A stretch of DNA of 63,629 nt, counting the filler, from Chiloscyllium plagiosum (taxonomy: Eukaryota): assembly GCF_004010195.1 (NCBI RefSeq). It is 4 parts of one record of this genome, joined end to end, with 100 filler letters (N's around TTAATTAATTAA, not from the genome) between each part and the next. Parts side by side here need not be neighbours in the genome. Positions count along the whole stretch, not along the records: positions 1 to 25,453 come from NC_057715.1; positions 25,554 to 55,417 come from NC_057715.1; 2 more parts are not named here. One strand, given 5' to 3'. The notes beneath the pieces were generated by a model. That model was given only the letters and a program-made list of their open reading frames with translations. It searched no databases and was not told the DNA's origin. The position numbers were made by a program, and so were the translations under genes. Shown piece by piece: positions 24,975-37,554 of this stretch (position 1 is the first letter of the stretch; every line of letters begins with the position of its first letter).

Positions 24975-25453
24975 GGCAGGTGCTTCAATTCATACTCTCA
25001 ACAAACAGTATTTCAACTCCATCTCAAACATCAAAAACTGTAAGTACAACAAACTTTTATCAACCCACCTCCATAACCAGCACTCCTCAAACATTCCAAT
25101 AGATTCCCCCGGCCTCTGGAACTTCTCGGACGCCATTAGCCATGCGGCTTGTGCAGCCACCATCCCCATGCTGAATGATGATGTCACTTCCGCCCCCATC
25201 ATGGCCACTTCCACAGCCACTTCCGCCCCTCACAATTCCTCATGCACCACACGTGACATCACTTCCACCCCTCACATCAACGTTGATGTCACACGCTCAG
25301 TGACTTCAGCCCCCCCCACTGCCATGTTTGCCACCAGTTCCGCCCCCACCAATGCCGCTCACCTGCATTCTGCTGACATGTCCCCCGCAGATCCCACTGT
25401 CACCATCCCCGTCCCCCAGAACCCTGAGGGGAACACCACCCCTGCTCATGACT
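24975..25453 (+). mobile_element. Penelope-like element ORF N-terminal region (TSAP-repeat low-complexity linker)
   Basis: IHTLNKQYFNSISNIKNCKYNKLLSTHLHN..(TSAP)n; abuts a gap next to a Penelope GIY-YIG fragment. Assignment partly from recalled shark Penelope sequence. Confidence 0.55.
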
Positions 25454-25552
25454 NNNNNNNNNNNNNNNNNNNNNNNNNNNNNNNNNNNNNNNNNNNNTTA
25501 ATTAATTAANNNNNNNNNNNNNNNNNNNNNNNNNNNNNNNNNNNNNNNNNNN
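25454..25552. other. Artificial contig-join linker N-TTAATTAATTAA-N (also ~55418-55518 and ~59612-59711)
   Basis: Identical six-frame-stop 12-mer centred in ~100-nt N spacers three times. Confidence 0.95.
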
Positions 25553-25553
25553 N

Positions 25554-25878
25554 GGGTTCCTAGGCGGAAGATGAGGTGCTCTTCCTCCAGCCGTCGTGTT
25601 GCTATGGTCTGGCGATGGAGGAGTCCAAGGACCTGCATGTCCTTGGTGGAGTGGGAGGGGGAGTTGAAGTATTGGGCTACGGGGTGGTTGGGATGGTTGG
25701 TCCGGGTGTCCCAGAGGTGTTCTCTGAAACGTTCCGCAAGTAGGCGGCCTGTCTCCCCAATATAGAGGAGGCCACATTGGGTGCAGCGGATTCACCTGCA
25801 CCTCCACACACATCATCTCCTGCTCCTTGGATGCTGCCTGACCTGCTGCGCTTTTCCAGCAATACATTTTCAGCTCTG
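25554..25878 (-). mobile_element. Penelope GIY-YIG endonuclease fragment with inverted terminus
   Basis: Minus strand IRCTQCGLLYIGETGRLLAERFREHLWDTRTNHPNHPVAQYFNSPSHSTKDMQVLGLLH..RRLEEEHLIFRLGT. Confidence 0.9.
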
Positions 25879-25879
25879 C

Positions 25880-27120
25880 ACAATCATCAGCAAACATACT
25901 TTCCTCTGACCTTTAAGATGAAGGGACATTTGTTAATGAAGCAGCTGAAGATGGTTGGGTCTAGGACTATCTTGGGGAACTTCCCATTGTGATATGCTTT
26001 GGCTGAGATGATGGGCCTCAAACAAGCATAATTTCTTCCTTTTATGCCAGGTATGATTCCATCCAGTACAGAAAGTTCTCCTGACTCCCATTGTCTATAG
26101 TTTGGCTCATGATCCTTGATTTCTCACTGATATCAAAAACTGCCTTGTTGGTTAGGGCAGTCACCCTCACTTCCAGTCTGAAGTTCACTTTTTTTGATCA
26201 TGTTTGTGCAAAGGCTGTAATGAGATCCAAAGTTGAATCAGCCTGGCAGAACACGCACTGGCATTAACAGGCAGGTTATTGCTTAGTAAGAATCACTTGT
26301 TAGCACATCGAATGCACATTCATCACTTTGCTGATGTTTGACAATCAATTTCTCCCTGTTTGTGGACAGCACATCTCGGCAATGTTTCATATGGCTGGGT
26401 TGATGCTCATGTTATAAATGCATTTGAACAACTGGCCTATAGGTGTGAGTAGTTTTGGAACATGTCCTCAATACTGTTGCTCGAATGTTGTTTCAGCCCC
26501 AGAATGTTTGCAGTATCCAATGCCTTTAGCCATCTAAAAGCAGAAGTACACTATCCAGCATGGCTCATCATCTCTCTAAACTCCATGTTCTCATGCTATC
26601 CCCAGAGCCTTGGATGGCATTTGTGACTAGAAATCTCAGTCTCTGTTTTCGATTTACATAATGGCTGTACTTACACAGCCCTCCAGAGGTAGAGAATTCC
26701 AAAATTTCCCCTCGTCTTAGTCTGAAATAGGTTGCCTTTTATTCTGATACTACCCTCTGGTATTCACTCCCACAGCCTGGGGATATATCCTTTCTGCACC
26801 AACGTTGTCTCTCCAATTTCATAAAAGCATGGAAGTGAATTCCCTTGGCTGTCGGCTGGCATCTGATGAGCTAGAGACCTTGGGGTGAGGCTGAGGTAGA
26901 TCATCCACTCTCACGTCTGGCTGATGATGGCTGTAAATATTTCTGTGTTGTCTTTTGCACTGATTTACTGGCACCTCCCATAATTCAGAGATATTTGTGG
27001 AGCTGCCTTCAGTAAATTGTTGAATTATCCACCACCATTCATGGCTGGATATGACAGGACTGTACAGCTTAGATCCAAGCCATTGGTTATTGGATCACTT
27101 ATCTCTATCATGTGCTTTTT
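25880..27120 (-). mobile_element. Decayed CR1-group LINE fragments (family of 29170-31030) with an intervening repeat
   Basis: Reverse complements match RT and linker parts of 29170-30130 (e.g. gaagcagctgaagatggttggg, gttgaattatccaccaccattcatggctggat). Confidence 0.6.
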
Positions 27121-27459
27121 ACAATCATGATATGTTGTGGTATAACTCTCCTCGTAAAATTAGATGAAGAGGCATATTGGAAAAGAGAACTTTTAAACAG
27201 CATAACCAATGAAAAGCAGCATATAGATTCTAAACAATTCAGGTTTTTGCTGTATAGGATATCAATAGCTAATTTGGATATTTAACTGACCATTTCAGTT
27301 TTGAAATGATTAACTCACTGAAAGCAACACAGAAGAATCTTCTGTCTAATCTGGAATTATCAACCAGAAATTCTGTGGGACGCAACATTGTGCGAACCAT
27401 TCTATCCTTGTTGAAATTGCAAAAGGCTATTTGTTTCCCATTTTTTATAATTCCAGTAA

Positions 27460-27775
27460 GGGGTGGCACAGTGGCTAGCACTGCTGCCTTGCAGTGCCAG
27501 AGACCCGGGTTCAATTCCCACCTCAGGCAACTGTCTGTGTGGAGTTTGCACATTCTCCCCGTGTCTTGTGGGTTTCCCCCGGGTGCTCCAGTTTCCTCCC
27601 ACAGTCCAAAAAATGTGCAGGTTAAGTAAATTGGCCAGGCTAAATTGCCCATAGTGTTAGGTGAAGGGGTGAATGTAGGGGAATGGGTCTTGGTGGGTTG
27701 CTCTTCAGAGGGTTGCTGTGGACTTGTTAGGCCAAAGGGCCTGTTTCCACACTGTAAGTAATCTAACCTAATCTC
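27460..27775 (+). mobile_element. HE1/V-SINE-like SINE with ATCTA tail
   Basis: ggtggcacagtggctagcactgctgcc..gggttcaattccc, V-domain, gtaagtaatctaacctaatct. Confidence 0.92.
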
Positions 27776-28710
27776 AATTCCTCCTTCTCTGTCGCTTCTG
27801 TTTTGGTGATGCCATCTTCTGCAGGGAGGCCTGAAATATCCACCATTTTTCCTCAACTGAGGATTCTGTGCTATTGTATTTGACCCATCTCCTGCACTTC
27901 CGCCCTCACTCCCTCCCTTTCCTCCCACAACAATGACAGGGTTTCTCTGGCCCTCACTTACTACCCCATCAACCTCCACATCCAAAAGATTGTAAGCCGC
28001 CATTTCCTTCGTCTTCAATGGATACCATGACCAGGCATACCACCTCCTTCCACATTGTGGTTTCCTACATATTGGGGAGGTGAAATACAGACTGGGTGAT
28101 CACTTTGTAGACCACTTATACACAGCCTGCAAAAATGACCCTGAGCTTCCACTTCAAAGTATGCTGGCTATCATTTCTGAGGCAAGCCTGCTTGCAGCCT
28201 TGGCACAAGCTCGCTTGGGGACCCGGCAGCCTCTTGGATCCAACATTGAGTGACAGCCTGATTCCATTCTTCCATATTTTCTTTACCCACCTCACATCTC
28301 TTCTTGTTGTGATGTTGGTTGCTTTTAGCACAGTCACCCATTCCCACATACTCCTATGCCCATTATGACATATGGGCTGCATTCAGCACAGCTGGCCTAC
28401 TTTCTCACTCCTGGTCTTTCTTTCTCTTGTTCAGTTTATTTTCTGTCCTGACTCCTTTCCATTTCTCTCTCTGGACTCCATGTCCACCGATCTGGGCATT
28501 CGGAAGTACATGCACGCACACACACCTTCCAAATTCAGCTTCAGCATAAATACAAGTTTTTTTTTTTCCCTGCTGCTAACGGTTTTGATGGAGAGTCACC
28601 AGACTTGAAATGTTAACTTTGCTTTCATTCCATGCATGCTACCAGACTTGCTGAGTTTCTCCAGCAATTTCTGTTTTTGTTTCAGACCTCAACTCTGTAG
28701 TTCTTGGTTT
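27776..28710 (+). mobile_element. Old decayed Penelope fragments (RT C-terminus/GIY-YIG ~27776-28150; terminus ~28580-28710)
   Basis: DRVSLALTYYPINLHIQKIVSRHFLRLQWD and CGFLHIGEVKYRLGDHFVDHL motifs; degenerate terminus tgatggagagtcaccagacttgaaatgtt..gtttctccagca. Confidence 0.65.
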
Positions 28711-28799
28711 CATATTATGTTTCTTTATAGCTGCACTGTAATGTGACTTGTAAATATAATTGGGAGGCATTGCTGGTTTTGAATATTTTCAATATCAAT

Positions 28800-29142
28800 G
28801 GGTGGCACTGTGGCTTAATGGTTAGCCTGGCTGCCTCACAGCACCAGAGATTCCAACCTTGGGTGACTGTCTGTGTGGAGTTTGCGTATTCTCCCTGTGT
28901 CTGGGTGGGTTTCCTCCAGGTGCTCCGGTTTCCTCCCACAGTCCAAAGATGTGTAGGTTAGGTGAATTGGCCATGCTAAACTGTCCATAGTGCTCAGGGA
29001 TGTATTGATTAGGTGCATTAGTCAGAGGAAATATAGAGTAATAGGGTAGGGGAATGGGTCTGGGTGGGATACTCATTGGAGGGTCGATGTGGACTTGTTG
29101 GGCCAAATGGCCCGTTTCCACACTGTAGGGATTCTATGATTC
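28800..29142 (+). mobile_element. HE1/V-SINE-like SINE
   Basis: V-domain and tail ggcccgtttccacactgtagggattctatgatt. Confidence 0.92.
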
Positions 29143-29169
29143 TTTTAGGTGTTAACCTTGTGAAGCTAA

Positions 29170-31030
29170 CAAACAAGACTATTTGTATGCCTAAGCATAA
29201 GTGATAGAGTAAGTGAGCTCACTCTCATCTGATGAGATCTAAGCTCTGTAGTCCTGCCACATCCAGTCGTGAATGAAGGTGGACAACTAAACAACTCACT
29301 GGAGGAGGAGTCTCTACAAATATCCCCATCCTCAATGATGGAAGAACCTAACACATCAGTGCAACAGATAAGGCTGAAACAATTGCAGCAATCTTCAGGC
29401 AGAAGTTCCAAATGGACGATTTATCTTGGCCTCTTCCAATGGTCCGCTGCATCACTGATACCAGTCGACAGCCGGTTTGATTAACTCCCTGTGATAGCAA
29501 GAAACATTTGGAGATCCTGGACTATGATCCCTTACAATATTCCAGCAATAAAAATGAAGAATTGTGCTTCAGAGCTTGCCGCTTCCCAAGCCAAACAGTT
29601 CCAGTACAACTACAACACTGGCATCTACCTGCCGATGTGGAAAATTGCCCAGGTATATCCTGTATGCAAAAAGTAGGACAAATCCAATCCAGCCAATTAC
29701 CGCCCCATCAGTCTACTCCCAATCATCAGTAAAGTGATGGAAGATGTCATCAGCAGTGCTATCAAGCAGCACCTGCTCAGCAATAACCTGCTCAGTGACA
29801 CCCAGTTTGGGTTCTGCCAGGGCCATTCAGTTGCTGACCTCTTTACAGCCTTGGTTCAAGAAAAGATAAAAGAGCTGTATTCCAGAGATGAGGTGAGAGT
29901 GACAGCCCTTGACATCAAGGCTGCATTCAACCAAGTGTGGCATCAAGAAGCCCCAGCAAAACTGGAATCAATGGGCCTTGAGGATGAACTCTTTTTGGTT
30001 GGGATCATACCTGGCACATAGGAAGGTGGTTGTGATTGTTGGAGGTCAGTCATCTCAGTTCAAGGACATCTGTGCAGGAATTCCTCAGGGTAGTGACCTA
30101 GGCCCAATTATCTTCAGCTGCTTCATCTTGCCTCCATTATAATGTCAAAAATGAAGAGGTTTGCTGATAATTCCACAATGTTCAATACCATTTATAGCTC
30201 CTCAGGTACCGAAACAATCCATGTTAAAATGCAATAAAATCTGGACAATATCCAGACTTGGGCTGACATATGGCAAATAACATTTATACTATACAAATGC
30301 CAGACAATAACCATCTCCAATAAGAGACAATCTAACCACTACCCCTCGATAGTCAATGGTGTTGCCATCACTGAATCCCTCACTATTAATATCCTTGGGG
30401 CTGCCATTGACCAGAAACTCATCTTAATTCTCCACTTTAACATTATGGCTACAAGGGCACATCAGAAGCTAGGAATACTGCAGGAAGGAACCTCACTTTC
30501 TGACTCCCCAAATCCTGTCCATTATCTACAAGGCACATGTCCAGAGTGTGGTGAAATACTCCCCACATGCCTGGAAGTCAGCAGATCCAATATCATTAAC
30601 GGAGCTTGACTCCATCTAGGACAAAGCAACCTAGATTGGCACCACATCCACAAACATCCACTACCGATACGCAATAACAACAGTGTGTACAATCTACAAG
30701 ATAGACTGCAGAAATTCACTGAAAATCCTTGGGTAGCACCTTCCAAATCCATGACCACTTCCAACCAGAAGGACAAAGGCAGCAGTTACATGGGAACACC
30801 ATCACCTGCAAGTTCCCTCTACGCCACTGCCCATCCTGACTTGGAAACATATCACCTTTCCTTCAGTATCACTGGGTCAAAATCCTGGAATTCCCTCTCT
30901 AATGCCATTGTGGGTCAACACACAGCAGATGGATGACAGCTCACCACCAACTTCTCCAGAGCAGCCCAGGGGCATGCAACAAATGCTGGCTTAGCCAGTA
31001 AAATCCACATCTCACAAGTGAATTTAAAAG
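29170..31030 (+). mobile_element. 5'-truncated CR1-group LINE, degenerate RT and 3' end
   Basis: YNTGIYLPMWKIAQVYPVCKK*DKSNPANYRPISLL, QFGFCQGHS, VTALDIKAAFNQVWH, GIPQGSDLGP, FADN; multiple stops and frameshifts. Confidence 0.9.
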
Positions 31031-31399
31031 ATCTTTCTCAAAGCACGCATGTTACGGAATATGGATCACCAGCCACTGCCATATCTCCCTTCTTGTATCT
31101 TAGCCACAGCCCCTCACTACCCCACTGCTGAGAGAAGATGCCTCAGATTCTTACAGCCTGGCACTTACTTGAGGCCTCTCTTTATCCAGCTGCTTATTGG
31201 CTGGTTCTATATATGTAGCTTTGTGGAGTTTATGCATTTCCCCATTAGGTTTCATGCTCTAATGTGGGGATTTTCTCTTGTGCAAGACCATTATGAAAGC
31301 AACATCTGCAAGGACCACTCCTTCAAGGTGGTTCCTACAGGCTATGATGCTTTTCACTTCCATGTCATGTCACCTCCCCCCCCAAAGCATGCCAGCTGA

Positions 31400-32795
31400 G
31401 TACAAGTGGTCAGCTAGCTGGAAGAAAATGCAGATTCTCAGGGCTGTCAGGAACAAGGTTCAGCAGGCTGCCAGGTGTTGCACTAACCAGTACAGGACAC
31501 AGCTAAGTGAGGACATTCAGACAGTCGCTAAAACGGGGAACATTAGGGGAATGTACAAAGGCATCAAGAAGGGATTAGGACCAGCTCAGAGCAAGGCAGT
31601 TACCCTCAAATCCTCTACTGGGAGGTAATCACAGACAAAGGCCAGCATGTGGAGAGGTGGGTAGGACACTACTCTGATCTCTATTCCAGAGAGTACACCA
31701 TGACCGCTCCAGCACTTGATGGTACCATGTGCTTGCTGACCATGGACGAGCTAGACACGGAGCCATCAGTAGAAGAGTTCAGCAAGGCCTTTGACAGCCT
31801 GACCTCAGTTAAAGCCCCGGGTAGCGATGGGATTCCTCCTGATCTGATCAAGTGCTGCAAGACTAGCTTCCTGCTCCCATTACATGACTTGACAGTGTTG
31901 GCAAGAAGGAGCTGTACCGTCGGCCATGAGGGATGCCAAGATCATTGCCCTCTACAAGAACAAGGGCAAGAGAAGCAACTGCAACAACTACAGAGGTATC
32001 TCTCTCCTCAACACTGTCGACAAAGCCTTCGCTTGGGTCATTTTGACTGCAGAAAATGGCAGAACGTGTATACCCAGAGTCACAGTGTGGCTTCCGAGCT
32101 AAAAAGTCAACAGTAAACATGATCCTCTCTCTTTGCCAACTGCAGGAGAATTGCAGAGAACTGAAAATGCCCCTGTATGTCACCTTCATTGACCTCACCA
32201 AGACATTAGACCTGGTCAGCAGAAACGGTGTTTTCAAGGTTGTCCTGAAGATCGGCTGCCCACTGAAACTGCAGAGCACGATAGAATCCTGTAACATGAA
32301 GGGGACAGTTCAATGGCAGCCTTCTGAATCCTTCAACATCCGCAGCGGCACCAAACAAGGCTGTGTCTCGCTCCCACACTCGTTGGGATTTTTCTTTGCT
32401 GTGATCCTGAAACATGCCTTTGGCACCGCAACAGAGGAGATTGACCTTCGCACTAGATCAGACAGTAGGCTCTTCAACCTGGCCCGCCTCAGAGCCAAGA
32501 CAAAACTACGTGCTGCACTCATCAGAGACATGCTGTTTGCCAATGATGCTGCAGTTGCAACACACACCCAGCAGGAACCCCAGTTACTGATAGGCTGCCT
32601 CTCTCACGCTTGCAACGATTTCTGGCTGACTCTCAGTCTGAAGAAGATGAGTGTCCTGAGCACAGGGGCACCACCAGCCATCACCATCGATGACTATGAA
32701 CTCAATGTCGTCCATCAGTTTACATACCTTGGCTCTACCATCACTGACAATGTTTCCTTGGATACAGAGATCGACAAGAGAATTGAGAAAAGATA
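31400..32795 (+). mobile_element. RTE-clade LINE RT fragment
   Basis: KAPGSDGIPPDL, NYRGISLL, AERVYPESQCGFR..STVNMI, LYVTFIDLTK, GTKQGCV, LIRDMLFANDAA, VVHQFTYLGSTI are typical RTE ORF motifs; frameshifted. Confidence 0.9.
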
Positions 32796-32991
32796 AAATG
32801 ACAAATGCTGACTTTGATGCTCACATCCTATGAAAGAAAATAAACAATGAGTACAGATGTAAAGCGTTGAATATATTAGAGTAAAATATTATACAGAGGT
32901 TATAGGACACTGTAAGGCATAAGGAACCTAGTTTTCTCCTTCTGCAGGACAACTTTGCCAAAGGTGATATTTGGAGATCTGTGGCATTGTA

Positions 32992-33185
32992 AAAAAAAAA
33001 TCACACAACACCAGGTTATTTTCCAACAAGTTTATTTGGAAGCACTAGCTTTCAGAACATTGCTGAGGTGATGAAGGAGCAGTACTCTGAAAGCTAGTGC
33101 TTCCAAATAAACCTGTTGGAATATAACCTGGTGTTGTGTGATTTTTAACTTTATCCACCCCAGTCCAACACTTGCACCTCATCAT
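32992..33185. mobile_element. Palindromic Penelope-terminus element (family B) with 12-bp TSD
   Basis: Inverted arms aaaaatcacacaacaccaggttat../..ataacctggtgttgtgtgattttt; TGTGGCATTGTA at 32980-32991 and 33186-33197. Confidence 0.9.
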
Positions 33186-33620
33186 TGTGGCATTGTAGGT
33201 TGCTGTCAGGGAATATCTTGGGTTAGCCACCGGATGTTCTTTTTGATGACGTTCCAGTTGTATTTCTGCAGTTGCTCGAATGAATCACATCTGGGATTGT
33301 TAGCAATGTCATTGCAGAGGGTGTTGAGCTCCTTCAGATGCAGAGTGGGTGCTGGCTAGTTATTCATGGGCTCAGCCTGAACTGTAAAGTTTAAGTTCTG
33401 GTTGCAATCATCATTCTGACTACAAACTGTGGTCAAACTTCCATTTTAACAAGTTCAAGCCTTTCTTCTCAAGCTTCTGCTCAAAATCATAGATATGCCA
33501 CCAAAAGTAGTAGTTTAGAAGAAATATGTTTTCAAGAATCTTTGCTTAAAATAATATTCATTGATGTACTTAAGGGTGTTAATCTAGCTCATTATGCTTA
33601 ATCAGCTGAAATCTGATCTT

Positions 33621-33853
33621 TGAAATAATTCCACAGAGGCCGGTATCATGTCACCAAGCCACCCTTTACTTACATGTGGAGACTCCTTGATACTGGTCCA
33701 GCTCCCTCAGAGCCAGCTCTCAGAGTAAACAGAACCTCTGACACTCCTGTTTATATCTGTCAGCCAGGGATCCCTGATTGTACCAGGTTACCAGCACCAA
33801 TCAGGGACCTCGTATCCTATTAGGTCCACCTGGCTGACCTTGTTACAATCACA
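33621..33853 (-). mobile_element. Short solo LTR (~233 bp, Gypsy-type)
   Basis: Minus strand TGTGATTGTAACAAGG...AATTATTTCA (TG..CA) with gatataaac and an AGTAAA signal; diverged sister copy at 42225-42457. Confidence 0.7.
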
Positions 33854-34294
33854 TAGGTTTATCAAAAAAAAAAACTTTTTTTTTGTATTTATTACATGAC
33901 CTATGGCTATTCCAATTTTAAATATGAAAATTACTTTTAAAAAACACATACAGAAAGAACTAGTCTGTTAAAGTGGGTGCACAACTGTCAACTCCTTAAT
34001 GAATTAATGTCAAATTATATTCAAAAGCTTTTGGTTTGCCTTCTATCCTGCAAAAGAAAGGTAAGCCTGTCAGTCACTGTGTTGACCTGTGTTCGGATGA
34101 TGTCCCCACCATAGCTAAATAGCTGGAGTTAGATAACAAGGAGCAGGAGCAAGCCGTGAGACTTACATCATTGTAATGTCTGTGAGGGTGAGGTGCAGTG
34201 TCTGGGTATTAGGCTTGAGCCTTAATTGGTAACGACAGGAGCTTGTGTATTAAAATGGGAAGTTGATGGAGTGTTGTGTACAAGATATCATATG

Positions 34295-34560
34295 GTGATC
34301 CTTTCACTGACCTTGACCATCTGGTTAAGAACATTAAACTTGTTTTAGCACTGCACCAGGACCTCAGACCTAGATGCTTTGCATTGACCTCACACAGCAC
34401 CTACTTCCATTTCCTGTGGAAGGCCATCCTCTGGTCTCTAGCACCACTGCTGAGGACTTCTGAGCCTTTGTGTTTCACTTGTCTAGTCTCCACACACGCC
34501 CAATGTCAGTCCAAACAGTTCCACGGAGTGTAGCCTTTAGAGAAGCAGATGGTCTGTGCC
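34295..34560 (-). pseudogene. Decayed Myb/SANT-like (trihelix) exon of a PIF/Harbinger transposon
   Basis: Minus strand across a frameshift reads ..EVNAKHLGLRSW-QC*NKFNVLNQMVK followed by a gtcagt donor; matches the W..VN...RT..QC.KKFNDL signature. Confidence 0.55.
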
Positions 34561-34942
34561 ATAATCTTTCAGTGCCTACTCCCATGCCCATGTTGTGCTG
34601 AGGTAGGCAACAGCGCTGGTCCCACTCAGACCAATGCAGTAATCGTGTGAATGAAGAGACTGCACTGAAATTGTGTGTTACTGCTGCAACAGTAGCAAAC
34701 ATGGACAGACAGTAACCTCTGTACTCAAAATCTGGCATAACTAATGTTTAACGTCGATTAACTCAGCATTCTCTAAATTGTATGGGAAAAGTTTTCAAAT
34801 AATATCTGATGTGAGTATACCCATAACAAATTTATTGGCTCATTTCTACCAGATTATAAAGTCTTAGTTAACAGATCTGTCTTCTGCAGTTTAGTACTTG
34901 TGTAAGAAATATAATGTTCTCTCCTACACCTAAAATATGACA

Positions 34943-35190
34943 TGGAGGTGCTGGTGTTGGACTGGGATGGGCAAACTTTAAAAAATCACACAACACCAGG
35001 TTATAGTCCAAAGGTTTATTAGGAAGTACAAGCTTTTGGAGCACTTGAAGCAAGTAGGGCAGCATTATAGGACACAGATCCTGCCACACTAGCTATCTGA
35101 TAGAGGAGCAGCGCTCTGAAAGATTGCACTTCTAAGTAAATTGTAATGTGGATTGTAATGTGATACTGTATGACTTATAACTTTGCCCAC
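34943..35190. mobile_element. Penelope-terminus (family B) inverted element, diverged
   Basis: ggaggtgctggtgttggactggg..aaaaatcacacaacaccaggttatagtcc, then an inverted ctgatagaggagcagcgctctgaaag. Confidence 0.75.
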
Positions 35191-35416
35191 CTTAAAAAGA
35201 ACATGTAACTTAGTCCATTAAAAAAATCACCCTGGGGTTAAATAAAAAGCTGGTAGATGTGAAAGTCTGATGCTTGATCCTGTTCAAGATTCAATTTGTG
35301 ATCTTTGTAAGAGCACAATAATGTATTTTAGTACCTATGGGCTAAATCTCTACACCACCACTTTTCATCATCCTCAATAATCAATACATAGAATCCAGAA
35401 CTGAATTCACCACAGA

Positions 35417-35733
35417 CTAGATTTTTTTTAGATTAGATTCCCTACAGTGTGGAAACAGGCCCTTCGGCCCAACAGGTCCACACCGACCCTCCGGAGAGTA
35501 ACCCACCCAGACCCGTTTCCCTCTGACTAATGCACCAAACAGTACAGGCAATTTGGCATGGCAATTCACCTGACCTGTACATCTTTGGAGTGTGGGAGGA
35601 AACTGGAGGAAACCCACGCAGACACGGGGAGAATATGCAAACTCCACACAGACAGTCACCCAAGGCTGGAATTGAACTTGGATCCCTGGCAGTGTGAGGC
35701 AAAATGCTAACCACTGAGCCACCGTGCCACCCC
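35417..35733 (-). mobile_element. HE1/V-SINE-like SINE
   Basis: Full reverse-complement copy with (ATCTA)n tail. Confidence 0.92.
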
Positions 35734-36011
35734 AAATTAGACTCCGACTAATTTCTGTGAGTGGGTCTTAGATATGATTGACCAACCCTCTGTGCTCACA
35801 TCTTCTCGACTGATGATCCCAATTTTTCTGATTGCTTGTGACAGCCCTACAGTCCTGTCCACTTCCCACCCCTGGACTACAGACAGACAGATCCCCTAAC
35901 CAGGATTGACTTAAGCAGACAACTGAACATGACCAAACCCTTGACCTGAGTGTAGACTGTGCCCATGAGTGATGGTACCATGGCACCTGAACAACATTGG
36001 CATCCCTCCCC

Positions 36012-36330
36012 TTGAATTGAATTTATTGTCACATGTACCGAGGCACAGTGAAAAGCTTTGTCTTGCGAGCAATAAGGAAGATCACATTGTTAAGTGGCAT
36101 AGCTAGTAAATAATAGGTAATCAGCAGCAAAAATAAAAACAGAGGTACAGGCAAATGTTAAGAGTTTGTGAGTCCATTCAGTATTCTAACAACAGTAGGG
36201 TAGAAACTGTTGTGAAACCGGCTGGTGCATATGTTCAGGCTTCTGTACCAACCCCCCGATGGTAGAGGTCGTAGAAAAACATTGTCAGGTTGGGATGGAT
36301 CTTTAAGAATGCTGGTGGCCTTTCTTTGAC
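36012..36330 (-). mobile_element. Rex1/Babar-like LINE 3' end
   Basis: Minus peptide KATSILKDPSQPDNVFLRPLPSGGWYRSLNICTSRFHNSFYPTVVRILN; AATAAA-ttcaattcaa tail. Confidence 0.75.
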
Positions 36331-37418
36331 TCCACCCACTTATAGACAAGGCCATCTGGTCGAATGAACGTGCATTGGGGTTTGCTCAGTAGGCAGTTGG
36401 GCATGCTGTGGGTGTTAGGCTGATGTTTTGGTGAACCGTTTAGGAAGGTGTCCCACCTACACAACCAGACATATGCCTACTGACAAGCAACCTATCTGTG
36501 TGTCTGTACAAAACAGCCTGCCAAAACAGCAGTACTGAAAGCCTTCGTGCTCTGGTTGCATTTGCTCATAGCATGTTTCTACCGCTGCTTAGCATGTTTG
36601 TAATTTTGGGTTGTAGCATTACCATATTTATACCTCATTTTTAGGCATGCTTGATGCTTCTTTTGATATGTCTCCTTCACTCCTTACACCTGACTACAAT
36701 CTGGGTAGTGGGTTGATCCCTTGGTTTGATAGTAATGGTAGTGTGAGGGATAAGCCAGTCCGTGATGATAACGGATTGTGGTGCAATAAATGCATGATGC
36801 TGCTGATAGCCCCCTCATGGCTTACCAGTTCTGAATCGATCCCATTTAACATGGTGGCAGAACCATAGAACATGATGGAGCAAGTCCTCAGTGTGAAAAG
36901 GGACTCCTACTCCACTGTCATGGACAGACATATGCTTGGTAGATAGATTGGTGCAGGCAAAGTGGGGAGGTTTCTTCTTTGTGTGAGTTCTCTCACCAAG
37001 CTACATATGCAAACTGCCATATATCTATCTATCCACTCCCAAGGCTTCAGCTGGTATGTGTGTTGCTGTTGAAACACTTCTGTGTTTCCTGTACAGCAGG
37101 GGAATACAGATTGCCAACAGGGAAAACTCCGAGTGATATCCTCTGTCAAATTGGTGTAGAAATCCTGAAAACTCTTTGACTGGTATTTGGTAGGCCAAGT
37201 AATACACCCAACATTGCATTATACATGCCCATCAGCACCTGCCTGTATGCCAACCTTCAAGATCTTCTGAAGCATGACTCATCTAAAACCTTGCCCTCTA
37301 GCGAGTTGGCAAATGACCCATCTTTTCAATGATCTGGTTGTAGCTCAGTGGTATCCAATAACTCAAGGTATGAGATCCCAACTCTCCACTAGCCCCTAAG
37401 ATACATGCCGTGCCAACA

Positions 37419-37554
37419 AAGCGAATGTGAGGACTGCAGATGCTGGAGAGTCAAAGTTGAAAAGTGTGGTGTTGGAAAAGCACAGCAGGTCAGGCAGCAT
37501 CCGAGGAGAAGGAGAGTCGACAATTCAGCCATAAGCCCTTCATCAGGAATGTCA
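37419..37554 (-). mobile_element. Penelope-terminus micro-insertion (family A)
   Basis: gtgaggactgcagatgctggag..gcaggtcaggcagcatcc..gcccttcatcaggaat; GTGCCAACA repeated at 37410-37418 and 37555-37563. Confidence 0.85.

Noticed and set aside
25498..25509. TTAATTAATTAA palindrome occurring three times
   Set aside because: Always centred in N runs; an artificial six-frame-stop contig linker, not biology.
27269..28018. 249-aa minus-strand ORF
   Set aside because: Antisense read-through of a Penelope relic and a SINE; the same peptide appears for every SINE copy.
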